Assembly (NCBI RefSeq): GCF_006345805.1
Contig: NC_043014.1
Span: 14,446,001-14,510,000, forward strand
Direction: 5' to 3'
Source: Octopus sinensis
Taxonomy: Eukaryota
Length of the DNA: 64,000 nucleotides
The position numbers and the translations under genes are program-made. Below are positions 11,946-24,800 of this stretch, one piece after another; the stretch's first letter is position 1; each line of letters begins with the position of its first letter. The notes under the pieces were generated by a model, which did no database searches, was not told the DNA's origin, and worked only from the letters and a program-made list of their open reading frames with translations.

Positions 11946-13379
11946 CAGCGAGAACAGCCTTGGACCGTCACCTCAACGCCAAACATAAGGGGTGCAGAGT
12001 TCGGGCTAAAGTGCAGTGCTCCAGCATGGCCACAGTCAAATGACTGAAACAACTAAAAGAGTAAAAATATGGTAAAATTCTAATTACATTTATTGTGAAA
12101 ATGTTATAAATATTAAATGAACGATTGACTATATTTGATGGCATAAATAAGGCAACAAGCTGGCAGAACTGTTAACATGTTGGGCAAAATGCTTAGTGGT
12201 GTTTTGTCTGTCTTTATGTTCTGAGTTCAAATTCTGCTGAGATCAACTTTGCCTTTCATCCTTTTGGGGGTCAATAAAATAAGTATCAGTTGAGTTTTGG
12301 GATCCATGTAATTGGCTTTCTCCCTCCCCTGAACTGCTGTCATGCGCCAAAGTTTGGGCCTCACAGAGGCAATGACAAGTGCTTAAGCCCTTTGGCTATA
12401 TGTCATGCTTGAGAAGACCTATCAGGCCAAGTGGAACTGAAGTCATGGCTGATGCTGGTGTTATATAACTGGCACCCGTGCCAGTGGCACATAAAAAGAT
12501 CTCTTCATTAGCATGCCAGGTAAAATGCTTAGCAGTATTTTGTCCATCTTTACTTTCTAAGTTCAAATTCTGCCAAGGTCGACTTTGCCTTTCATCCTTT
12601 AGGGGCTGATAAAATAAGTACAGTTGATCACTGGGGTTGATGTAATCGACTCAACCCTTCCCCACCAAATACTAGCCTTGTGCCAAAGTTTGGAACCAAT
12701 ATTATTGGTAAGGAGCCAAGCTAGGCTGAAGAGACTGGATAAAAATTAGCCGATAGTGTAGTGAGTATTAGCGACAAAATTAGCTTATAGGAGGCCCAAC
12801 TTTGTATATAGGAGCCAAAGTGATTGTTTGAGATTTTGTTTTGCTTGAAAAAGTGTGTTTTCTATTTCATCAGATATGATATATCTTACATACAGTTTGT
12901 AGTGTAAGATACTACCTTTGTTAGGCATCGCCTGAAATCACAATTTTGGCATCTTCCTGCAATAGTGCTTCTTCTTGTGACAGCAAGTACCATTTATGCT
13001 GCTAGCAAATATCCGTGTTGTTGTGGATCACTCTGTAACACATTTTCCTTTTGAATTTTATGAGACCGATAAAATAAATACCAGGCTGAAAAAATTTTTT
13101 TTGAATAAGTACAGGAGTTGATTCTTTGAAATGGTGCTCCAGCATGGCTGAAACCAGTAAAAAATGAAAGATAAATGTTTGAAATTAAAAAGAAACAAAC
13201 AAATAATAACATTAATTTCTGAAAATATTTTATTCTTTGGACGGATTGGTGGTGTAAAGGAGAAAAAAAAACCCTAAACTTACAAAATATACATCCTCAG
13301 AGGTTTCCAACCAATTAACACTGGTCAATACAAAGCATATTAATAACAAAATATTAACTAGTATAATACAGTAATAAAT

Positions 13380-15110
13380 GTGATACAATAATAACATGGT
13401 ATAATACAGCAACAAAATTATAAATATTATAGATTTAACATTGTTTTATAGTGTGAATAAGTGATTGTGGTGGTAGTAGTTTTTAGTTGTTTAATACTAG
13501 TCAACAACATATCACAGACATACAGATATGATATTAGTGTACTGTGATTGTGGTACTATTTGAAGTGGTATATAGTGATTCAGTTGTGGTACCCTATAGC
13601 ATTGTTTACTGTGACATTGTATAATTGTGTACTGTAACGTAGATGTGATACTATTATAGAGTAATGTACTGTGACATAGATATAACATAGTACTGTATAT
13701 AGTATTGTACTGTGACACAGATGATATGATATTACAATACTGTAACACTATATAGTTTACTATGAATTATTTGTAACACAGACTTCCTGAACACTAATGG
13801 TCTAGATCTTCTTATAATACACACTAATTTACTCTAATGAATAGGTACCTATATTTCATTTAATTAAGGAAATTTAGTATTTGTTTAATTTAGATCTTGA
13901 ATAGCCAATTACATACCAAGGCTAACGGGAAACTAATAACAGAAACTATTGAAACAAGGAGATGGAAAAGGCTGGGTTGATATCAGTTATCAGGATTGCT
14001 TTGCAATGGGTTCCACAAGGTAAAAGAAAAATTGGTCAACCAAGGGAAATGTGGTGAATAATAACAGATCTTAAAAGCGGAGGGTTAACAAGGAACAAAC
14101 TGTCCAGGACACTTTCAGTGTTAGAAGGTGGAATGATCTTGCTGTCGCCTTAAGTATCACAAGGCACAATGAAAACGAAATGAATGAATGCTTAATTTAG
14201 AGGTGATCCCCACCTAGTGTGGAAAAACCATTAATCTGGTAAGGCTTTGGAACCAAAGCTTCTAGAAAATAACATTCTGCATATATTATACAGAGGTATA
14301 TTTTGGCACAGATGTTATGCAGAAGTGTACTGTGACACTATATGGTCATATACTATGATTTAGATGTGATACTATAGCTTAGTGTATTGTGGTATAGATA
14401 TATAGTAGTGTACTGTGACATAGATATGATACAGTAGAGGGTTGTGATGTACTGTGACACCGGTATGATACAATATAGTAGTGTACTATGGCACATGTAC
14501 AATACACCACTGTATGCACCCCTATACATGTTACATGTATAGGGGTGTAACATGACACTGATGTGATACTTTATGGCATTACTGTGGCATAATGGAGTAC
14601 AGGACATAACACAATATGGTAGTGCACTGTAACATTATAATGTTACATGCTGTGACACATGTAATGTTATATAGTGGTGACCTCTAATGCATGTGGCACA
14701 ATATTGTTGTGGACTGTGTCATAGATGAGACTATTATACAGATGTGATATTGCATTATAGGTGGACTGTTACAGTGCATCTAACATTGTATAATGGAGTA
14801 CTGTGACACAGATGTTACATTGTATTCTGTGACATATTTAACAATATATAGTCATGTGGTGTGACAACAGATGTGACATTGTATTGTAGCGTTGAGTGAT
14901 ATTGATGTTAACATAGCATACAGTCTTATAATACATCTGACATCTCATAATGTGGTACTGTGGTACTTATAATACATCTGACATCTCATAAAGTGGTGTA
15001 CTTTCACATAGATAAATGTTACGTTGTATTCTGAGATGTATTTAACATATTGTCATGTACTGTGACAACAAAGGTAATATTGTTCAGTAGTGTGGTGTGA
15101 TATAGATGTT
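13380..15110. repeat. Degenerate minisatellite blocks built on gtactgtgaca(c/t)agat motifs (about 13380-13760 and 14320-15110)
   Basis: Recurrent GTACTGTGACA/GATGTGATA motifs with variable spacing; ttataatacatctgacatctcataa is duplicated at about 14926 and 14968. Confidence 0.7.
13910..14190 (+). mobile_element. RTE LINE 3' terminal fragment
   Basis: TIETRRWK..IALQWVPQGKRKIGQPR-like C-terminus, ending in (TGAA)n. Confidence 0.6.
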
Positions 15111-15712
15111 AATATTTATTTCTTTAATGCCCACATAGAGGGGACAAACAAGGACAGACAAAGGGATTAAGTTGATTACATCGACCCCAGTATGTAACTG
15201 GTACTTATTTAATCGACCTCGAAAGGATGAAAGGTAAAGTCGACCTTGGCAGAATTTGAACTCAGAACATAACAGCAGATGAAATACCGCTAAGCATTTC
15301 GCCCAGTGTGCTAACGATTCTGCCAGCTCGCTGCCCTAATATAGATATTAATATTGTGTATAATCTATGTTATATTGAGGTATTTTGATGGATATGGCAA
15401 TATATAGAAGTGTGGTATACTGCAATATATGTGAAAAGTCGTCAAAAGCTGCAGCCCCATCTCAACACTCTCCCTAGATATATACTACAACCCTATCAAA
15501 TTAATAAGCATCTCAAATTACTAAATACAATCTCCGGTTGATAAGGTCCATTTTTGTTTTTACAATAACTCCATCTCTTTCCCTCTCTCTCCTTCATTTT
15601 CTTCTTCTCCTCAGTCTACACTTCCTTATCTCTCTCTCTCTCTCTTACTCTTTCTCTCACTTCATCCAAGTCCCCCCCACCACCATCCATACCCGCTTTC
15701 CCACTTCCCTCA

Positions 15713-15877
15713 TTAGGTATTGGATGAGAGAAAGACTGCTGCCCCACACTGCAGCCAGTGGTTCGGATCGGATGAGGTGCACGGTAGATCCAAATAGGTG
15801 ACCACCCTGTCTCTCTGGGAACTGTAGTAGAGAGGTAGAGAGATGTATTCGGCTGTGTTGCTTTTGTCAGGAACATT
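15713..15877 (-). CDS. DYNC2H1: DYNC2H1 last coding exon (165 nt incl. TAA)
   Basis: ctgcag|AAT; [54 protein letters not shown]. Confidence 0.96.
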   Translation of the reverse strand, partial: NVPDKSNTAEYISLPLYYSSQRDRVVTYLDLPCTSSDPNHWLQCGAAVFLSSNT

Positions 15878-18800
15878 CTGCAGTAAACAAAAAATATATA
15901 TAAATAAACAAAAACAAAAAAGCCAACAACACACAAACAAAATCATCCAAGGATGAAGAGTTTAATTTTAAACCTTTAGCATTTATTCTGTCCTAATATT
16001 CCACCTTGTTTTATGCTCAAACCAGCCAGATTCAGCCTTTCACACCATTAAAATCCCAAAGCTATGAGATAATAAGTGCCATGAAATCCTAAAGCCAAGA
16101 TGCCACATAAAAAGAAATGGTGTGGGTGCTGGTGCCATGTAATTAATTGGATGCAACTGTTTGAATGCTGGTCGTTTGGCACAAATGACTGGACGCCAGA
16201 GGCAAAAACACACACACGTACACATGCACACACGTGCAGAAATAGATAGATAGAGAGAGAGAAGGAGACAGAGAGACCTTATACATACAAATGTAACTAG
16301 ATGCTCATGCACATAAAGGGAGAAAGAAAAGGAGAGAGGGAGTGAGAGATCACAATTTATTAATTAAACACGACTGACATAAATACTTTCTCCTCGTATG
16401 CATAAAGAGAAATATGCTCACAGTGAGAGAGAGAGAAAGGGAGGGGGAAAAAGCATTGTACATCCATTTATAACTAGATGTTTACATATAATGAGAGAGA
16501 GAGAGCGAGAGAGAGAGAAGTGGAAGAGAGATGTTTTGATGTATTTATTGAATATGGTAACATAAACTAGTGTCTTGTAACCAGGGGTGCGAGACAGCAT
16601 TCCAGGTGTGTGAGTGCCCAGCCTTGCACTTAATTTGTATAATACTCTCCTATGGTTTCTCCGTTTTCTCTTGCAACAAATTGTAAGAAAACGTAAATAT
16701 TTTGTCAAGAAAAGGGGGAAATAATATATCGTGATATCCAGCTGTCACCAGAAGAATATGTTAAGAAACTGATTTGCAACCAACAATAGCAAAGTACGGA
16801 AAATGATAATCATGAAAGTACAGCATATCAAATGCTTTTGATTCCACATGCTTGAGAAAATTACATTAACAAAGCGATTTGCAAAAAACAATTGTCATAA
16901 ATTGTGGTCGAAGTCAGATCCTCCTGACTGACTCCTGTGCCAGTGGCACATAAAAAACACTGCCTGAACATGGTCGATGCCAGGTATGCCTGACTGACTC
17001 CTGTGCTGGTGGCATGTAAAAAAACACCATCCAAATGTGATCAATGCCAGTACCCTCTGACTGGCTCCCATGCTGGTGGCATGTAAAAAGCACTATCTGA
17101 ATGTGATTGATGCCAGGTCCACCTGACTGGCTCCTGTGTCGGTGGCACGTAAAAAGCACCCACTACACTCTCGGAGTGGTTGGCGTTAGGAAGGGCATCC
17201 AGCTGTAGAAACATTGCCAGATCAGATTGGAGCCTGGTGCAGCTGCTGGCTCTCCAGACCTCAGTCAAACCATCCAACCCATGCCAGAATGGAAAACAGA
17301 TGTTAAACAATGATGAGTTGTGAATATTGTTTCACAACTTTAAAAAATTTTTTTAATTTAACTAGACGACGGCTGATTGCGATAATTTTGCTATCTGTTC
17401 ATTTTGTGAAAAAAGGTATCTTTATTAAAGACCAGTTAATTGTGAAAATATATAAAGTAAATGTGAAGTTAACATTGTGATATCAATTTGAATATTATAT
17501 AATTGTGAGTAACACAGCTTTTTAACCATTTTTTGTGTGTTGAAACTAAGTTAGTCTAGCCTAGCTTAAAACCTACCGTTAGATTAGGGAACGGGAAGCC
17601 AGCAGCCATCGCCATGGTTATGCATGTGCTCCCAGTTTTCTGTTTTTATTAATAGTATTATTATTACACTTATTCTTGGATTTAATGGTGTTATTGCCAG
17701 TGTGTTAGGTTCCCCCATTTTTCTTCCAGTCAACCATATCCATATTTTTATTTCCCTTTTCAGATCATAATTTAACCCTTTTGTTACCATATTTCTGTTG
17801 AGATGCTCAGTGTTTCTTTCAATTACTTTAAATATAACAAAGAATTTAGTAAAATAACTTAGTTATCATTAAGCTAGTGTTAGAAACATAAATTGTGACT
17901 AAGGTTTGGTAGAAGATTTTAATTCTGAACTTATGAAAACAAGACATTTGTTACAATAAAATTTATTTTACTTTGTTATGATATTTTCTTCTTGGCCATA
18001 TGTTTTGTTTTTGTCAACATATTGAAAAATTAGATAATATAAAATATGTTGTTCAAATTTTACTATAAGTTCACCTTCTTTATTATTAAATGAATTATTA
18101 ATTTTTTAAGGGGTGCAAAGACATCTTAAAAATTTTTAGGGGTACTGGCCTAACAAAAAGTTGGGAACTATTAACACTAACGCTGTCCCTCCCATTTACA
18201 TAAAAGGAAATACAGGCACACATATAATAGAGAGAGAGAAAGAGAGGGAGAGAGAGATGGAGGGGACAAGAGAAACATTATAACATCTGATACCAAATAA
18301 GTCAGTGTTGAATCAGTGATGCCAAACAGGTGGCACCAAAAGGGCTGTGCCCACATGTCTCATATCTGATAGGGCTTACGGGTGGAGATTCTGAATGAAA
18401 CAAAGAACTCAGTAATAAATAAATAAATAAGTGCAGGAGTGGCTGTGTGGTAAGTAGTTTGCTTACCAACCACATGGTTCTGGGTTCAGTCCCACTGCGT
18501 GGCACCTTGGGCAAGTGTCTTCTACTGTAGCTGCGGGCCGACCAAAGCCTTGTGAGTGGATTTGTTGACAGAAACTAAAAGAAGCCCGTCGTATATATGT
18601 ATATATATGTGTGTGTTTGTCCCCACAACATCGTTTGACAATCGATGCTGGTGTGTTTATGTCCCCGTAACTTAGTGGTTCAGCAAAAGCAACCGATAGA
18701 ATAATTACTAGGCTTACAAAGAATAAGTCCTGCGTCGATTTGCTCGACTAAAGGTGGTGCTCCAGCATGGCCGCAGTCAAATGACTGAAACAAGTAAAAG

Positions 18801-21800
18801 AGAGTAAATATACATAAAATGAATAATAAAAAGAAACGGTACCTTTGGAATCCAAGATATGTAACATGGAGGAAGGGCACACACTGTTGGAGATTCTGGT
18901 TGATTATCAGACAGGTTACGGCCATCAAATATACAACCCTCCAGAAGCAGTCCACCGATACGCATGGTGACGTAGGCCCCCGCGGATGGGTTCTGCCAGT
19001 TACATACGAACCTCAGATTGTCCATAGAACACTTTACAGCTCTGCAATGGTAAAACAACATTAAATATTTATTCGTGGGACCTGCAGAAATTCCACAGAA
19101 TGAGAAAGATTAAGAGAAGCTATTTAAGAAAGAATGAATATTTTAAAATAACCATCTGAAAGAGCTTGTTTTCTCACCGTGCTGTCTGCTGGCGGAAAGC
19201 ATCGAGGAATGTTCCCGGATGGAACAAGTTGGAGAGATCGAGTTGCTGGTCAAGGATGGTGTTGTTTTCTGCCATTTCAACCCATTGAAGAACTGCAGAA
19301 GTTCTGCTGACCAGTCCTCGCAAGAAATTCACTGGGTTTTCAGGGCCATCCCAAAGGTCCAACCATTTGATTGGAGTCTGTAAAGAAATGAAATGACATT
19401 TAAAGAAGTCTTCCTGACAGATGGGTAGAGAGAAAGAGAGAGAGAGAGGGGGGAGAGAGAGGGAAGAAACTTTAATTATTGATTTTTCATAAGAATTTGC
19501 TTTAAATTTAATTGGTCAGCCTGAGGCAATAGTAAAAGACACTTTTTAAAATTACATTTTTAATCATCATCATCATTTAGTGTCCGTTTTCTTTGCTAGC
19601 ACAGGTTAGATGGTTTGACTGGAACTGGTAAGACAGAGAGCTGTACCAGGCTCCAGTCTGGTTTTGGCTTCTTCCTGACACCAACCACTCCAAGAGTATA
19701 GTGGATAACTTTAACATATCACTGGCACATGTGCCTTTTATGTCTCACTAGCGCAGGTATCTTTTACACGTCACAGGAACTGGCCAAGATTGTGGATGGC
19801 AGAATTATTAGAAAATTGGAGAACATGTCTGAGAGAAGAGCAGGTCTTCATGTGTCTGGTGGACTCAAATGTGTTAAATATACAGGGTGTCCCAATGCAT
19901 TTTGTGTTCAAGTAGATTTTTATTGATATACATACAATCCTAAAAAAGTTAAATTAAATTCAGGAAAATAAATTGTTGTGGAAACGATTATTTATTGTCA
20001 TTTAGAACTATTTAATGTTCTCTCTCATTCCTGCGTGTTCGCAACTGTTCAAACTGCCTTCCTTCATTTTCCAAACAAAGCTGATAATGTCCAACAATGG
20101 ATTCAACAACATTGCCAAACATTTCATTTGGAATTGCAAGACATTGCATTCGAATTTGATTTTCCAAGTCCTCAATTGTCACTGGTTTTGCAGCGTAAAC
20201 CTTATCTTTGAGATGTCCCCATAAAAAAAATCCATTGGAATGAGGTCTGGGGAACGTGCAGGAAATTCGATGCTACCTCTCCTACCAATCCATTTGTTTG
20301 GATTTGTTGCATCGAGGTAAGCCCGTACATCATCTGTCAAAGAGTGAGTACATCTTTTTGGGACACCCTATATACAGTGGGGGGAAATAAATATTCGTAC
20401 ACGTCAAAATACTTTATTTAATTTCTAATGAACATAAATGGGATATACCAATATTATATATGCATACACATGCATATGTGTGTGTTTGTTTGTCCCCCTA
20501 GCATTGCTTAACAACCGATGCTGGTGTGTTTACGTCCCCGTCACTTAGCGGTTCGGCAAAAGAGACTGATAGAATAAGTACTGGGGCTTACAAAGAATAA
20601 GTCCCGGGGTCGATTTGCTCGACTAAAGGCGGTGCTCCAGCATGGCCGCAGTCAAATGACTGAAACAAGTAAAAGAGTAAAGAGTATGCATAAACTAAGA
20701 ATATGCAAAAGAAACTAATAAATTATAGTAACTAAGGAATCTATATTCAATTATAAATATTTAGGGGTGAAAAAAGTATTCGTACAGAACATAAATAACT
20801 GATAATTCTGATTTAATACTTCGTAGCATAACCATTATTCAGTTCCAATCTCTTCTTGTAGTTCTTAATCAATGACTCGCATGTTTCTTTAGGAATTTTT
20901 TCCCATTCTTCTTGACAAATTTTCTTCAAATCTGCAATGCACGTTGGGGCTCTTGAATGAATTTTAATTTTCAAATAATGCCACAAATTTTCAATGGGGT
21001 TCAAGTCAGGTGACTGGCTTGGCCATTCTAATAGTTTTATATTGTGGTTGACAATCCATTTTTTGGTAGACTTCGCTGTGTACTTAGGATCGTTATCTTG
21101 TTGTAAAACCCACCCTTCACAAAGCTGGAGCTTTTCTACAGAGTCCCATAAATCATTGTTCAAAATATTTTGGTACATCTCTGCATTCATTCTACCATCT
21201 ATCACATGTAAATTGCCAGTACCATTTGCAGAGATGTTGCCACCTCCAAACTTTACAGTAGGAATTGTGTTTCTCAGCGAATAGGTGGTACCATCTTTCC
21301 TCTGAACATGGCTACGCAAATTTCATCCAAACAATTCAATTTTTGACTCGTCTGTCCATAGAACATTTTCCCAGAATATATCAGATTTATCTTTATGTTC
21401 ATAAACAAATTTTAAACGGGCATCTCTATGCCTTTTAGTCAACAGCGGAGTTTTTCTAGGAGAGTGTGATTTCAGTTCATTGCTGATTGTTCATAGTGTA
21501 ACACTAGTCCCTGAAGCTAACAAATCTTCTTGCAACTCCTTTCTGGTGATCATTGCATTTTTTTCCAATTCTTCGCTTCATTTTTCTTAAAGATCTAGGG
21601 GAAATCTTGCGTGGTACACCGGATCTTATTTTGTTTTCAACAGTTCACAATTTTTTATATCTTTGAATAAATGAAGATATGGGAGAAAATGGAACACAAA
21701 GGGTCTCTGATATTTTCCTGTAACTTTTACCTGCTTTCCACTGTTCAATAATTAAGCTTTTCACTGAATTTGTGAGTTCTTTACTTTTCACCATTATAAC

Positions 21801-24800
21801 GATACTACTTTATGTTGTCGCAGTGCTGAATGATGAAGCTAGTGTTTTGACACTTAAAAATGACAAACGAGAAATTTCTAGTAATATAAAAATTATTTTA
21901 ACAGTATTTTGTGGCATAGAAAATCATAAATTTATTCTGTACGAATACTTTCTTCACCCCTAAATATTTATGATATGTATATAAATTCATTAGTTACTAT
22001 GATATATTAGTTTCTTTTGCATATTCTTAGTTTGTGCATGTGTATGCATATATAGTATTGGTATATTCCATTTATTTTCATTAGAAATTTAATAAATAAA
22101 GAATTTTGATGTGTACAAATATTTATTTCCCCCCACTCTATATGTAGATGTGTTTGCCTTTGTGCTTATATTGTATTTGTCCCTCATGAGATGGTGTTGG
22201 TTTGTTTATGTGGTAACTTAGCAGTTAGGCAAAAGATCCGATAAAATGAGTACTAGATTTAGTTTGTTTGACTACACCCTGGGTGGTGCCCCAGTATGGC
22301 CACAGCCCATTGACAGAAACATGCTAATGACATCAGCAACGAAAGCTCATTGTATATATTTGTTGTATGGAGAATCTGAGGGATTGTATCAGTGATTGTA
22401 TTAACTTACCTCTTGATTGAGCAGTGCCTCAGCAAGTTGCTGGACGCTAGCGGTCAGTAGAGTGGAGCCACGGATAACCTTGCTGAGTGAGGCCAGAGAC
22501 AAATGGACAAACTGGATAAGTTTGATGGCATTGTACTTTTCGAGTTGAATAAAGGCCAACAAGGGGGAAGTGTTGCCATCTTTCTGTTTTGGTGGGGTCA
22601 CCTTCATATGAATCAGTTGCTGACCCTAGAATCAAAGAAAGAAAATAAAATTTAAAAAATAGATAAACTGAAGACACTTTCCATCATAAATGATGGATTA
22701 AACTGGAAGAGAGGATGTGAAAATAGTAAAATAATAATTAGGGTTCCAGGTTCAATCCCACTGCGTGGCACCTTGGGCAAGTGTCTTCTACTATAGCCTC
22801 AGGTCGACCAAAGCCTTGTGGGTGGATTTGGTAGATGGAAACTGAAAGAAGCCTGTCGTGTGTGTGTGTGCATGTTTGTGTCTATGTATTTGTCCCCCCC
22901 CACCACTTGACAACCGATGTTGGTGTGTTTACGTCCTTGTAACTTAACTGTTCAGCAAAAGAGGCCGATAGAATAAGTACTAGGCTTACAAAGAATAAGT
23001 CTTAGGGTCGATTTGTTCGAATAGAGGTGATGCTCCAGCATGGCCGCAGTCAAATGACTGAAACAAACGAAAGAAAAAAAAAGAGAATCCAAACACCAAT
23101 GCCTGTTCTGGCACTGTTATTCTATATACCGCAGGCAAGGAGATAAGTTGCTGATGTCTCTAGTGGTTGAGCGTCCATCACTGACAAGACTAAGGAAGGT
23201 TAAAATCACATGATCTAGTAGTACTGACTCTAGGAGTGGTGGAGATTTATCACCATGCTAGTGATATAAATAAGTGTGCACTTTGCACCAAAAGCCAATA
23301 TGAGGGTTTCTCTTATGGTAACTACTGCAATATTACTTGTTTTAAAAGAACATCCACATTTTAAGTAGGGGTACACATTATATCACTTTCTCTTTCTCTC
23401 TCCACACATGGTGAAATGGTAGAGCCATTAAAGCATTGGATTGAATGCCTTGTGGTATTTGTTCTAAGTTAGTTTAACAAGTTAGTTAAATCAGAAAAGG
23501 AAAAGGAAGAAGGCGGCAAGCTGGCAGAAACATTAGCACACTGGATGAAATGCTTAACTGTATTTCATATCTTTACGTTGACTTTATCTTTCATCCTTTC
23601 AGGGTCGATAAATTAAGTACCAGTTGTATACTGGGGTTGGTCTAATTGACTGGCCCCCACCCCAAAGAATTTTGGCCTTGTGCCTAGAGTTGAAAAGAAA
23701 AAGAAAAGGAGGAGAATGTATTGAGTGCTTGTGACTTTTACAGCCCCTCTTAGTTTTGGAGATGTTATTGCTTCACCAAATATTTACTTTGAACATCAGT
23801 CTGCAGGAGAACATGAGTATTTCCATTTCCAGAAAATGCGGGAATAGAGTGGAAGTATTTGGCGAAAGCATTTGACAGGGAATGATGAAGTGCTGTAGAT
23901 CTACTGAGAAGTAAGTATTTTCTCCAACAGGTTTATTATTTTGAGCTTGCTCATTGGATTCAGGGACTATATCATGATTTGAACTCAAAACTCTAGGCCT
24001 GAAATAAACTAGTTGATCTGATCAGACCAGCTATTAAATCCTCTATCTCATCAAAGTATTGTTCAGTGTGTTGTTTAGCCAAAAGTAAACCCTAAATAAG
24101 CAAACCTATAATCAAAGTTAAGTCGACTCAGGGATCTCATCACAGGCTGGTGAGATCTGATAATGGTACCATGCAAACAGTATTACCTGTTTCATGGTCA
24201 AGTTGTCAGTGACTAAACTCTTCCCACAACACTTGAGTAGCTTCCTAATCTCGTTAGAAGAGTGTCTGGATATCCAGCAAGACAGAAACCCCCCCCCCTC
24301 CTTGAGGACTAATGACCATCCAATTGCTGAAGATAATGGCAAACACAGCAATATCACTTTCAAGAACACTTATGGGGAAATTTGAATGAAGTAATGCTAT
24401 GACCTCATCTGATAGGAGAACTCATGTTTAAAGATAGTGGGATATGATTTCAGTGAGATTTGGCTGTTGTTTCTAGTATGATGGGAAGCCAAGAAAGACA
24501 CTTCCCTATTAGCATTGACTAAATTGAATAAGTGTCTTACCTGGTTAAGTTTCTTCCACAATTTGAGAATGGGCCCCAGTTCAGAAGACCAGACTTCCTT
24601 ATCAAATTTACTGCCTTTGATGTCAGACCTCATCAGGATTCTCAGCTGACCGATAACATTGTTACTTATGGTCTTCTGAGAAGACCGCTCAATATTCTCA
24701 GGAAGACCAAACAAAGATGGTTGGTTGTAGTCAGGAAGTTTATCAATCAGAGAAATGTAGTCCTGAAAGAAACAGGAAACCAAGGCTTTAAGATAGATAA

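Noticed and set aside
23760-24390. Faint CR1/L2-like endonuclease and linker words ([21 protein letters not shown]) on the minus strand
   Set aside because: Too degenerate to call by eye; needs a profile search.
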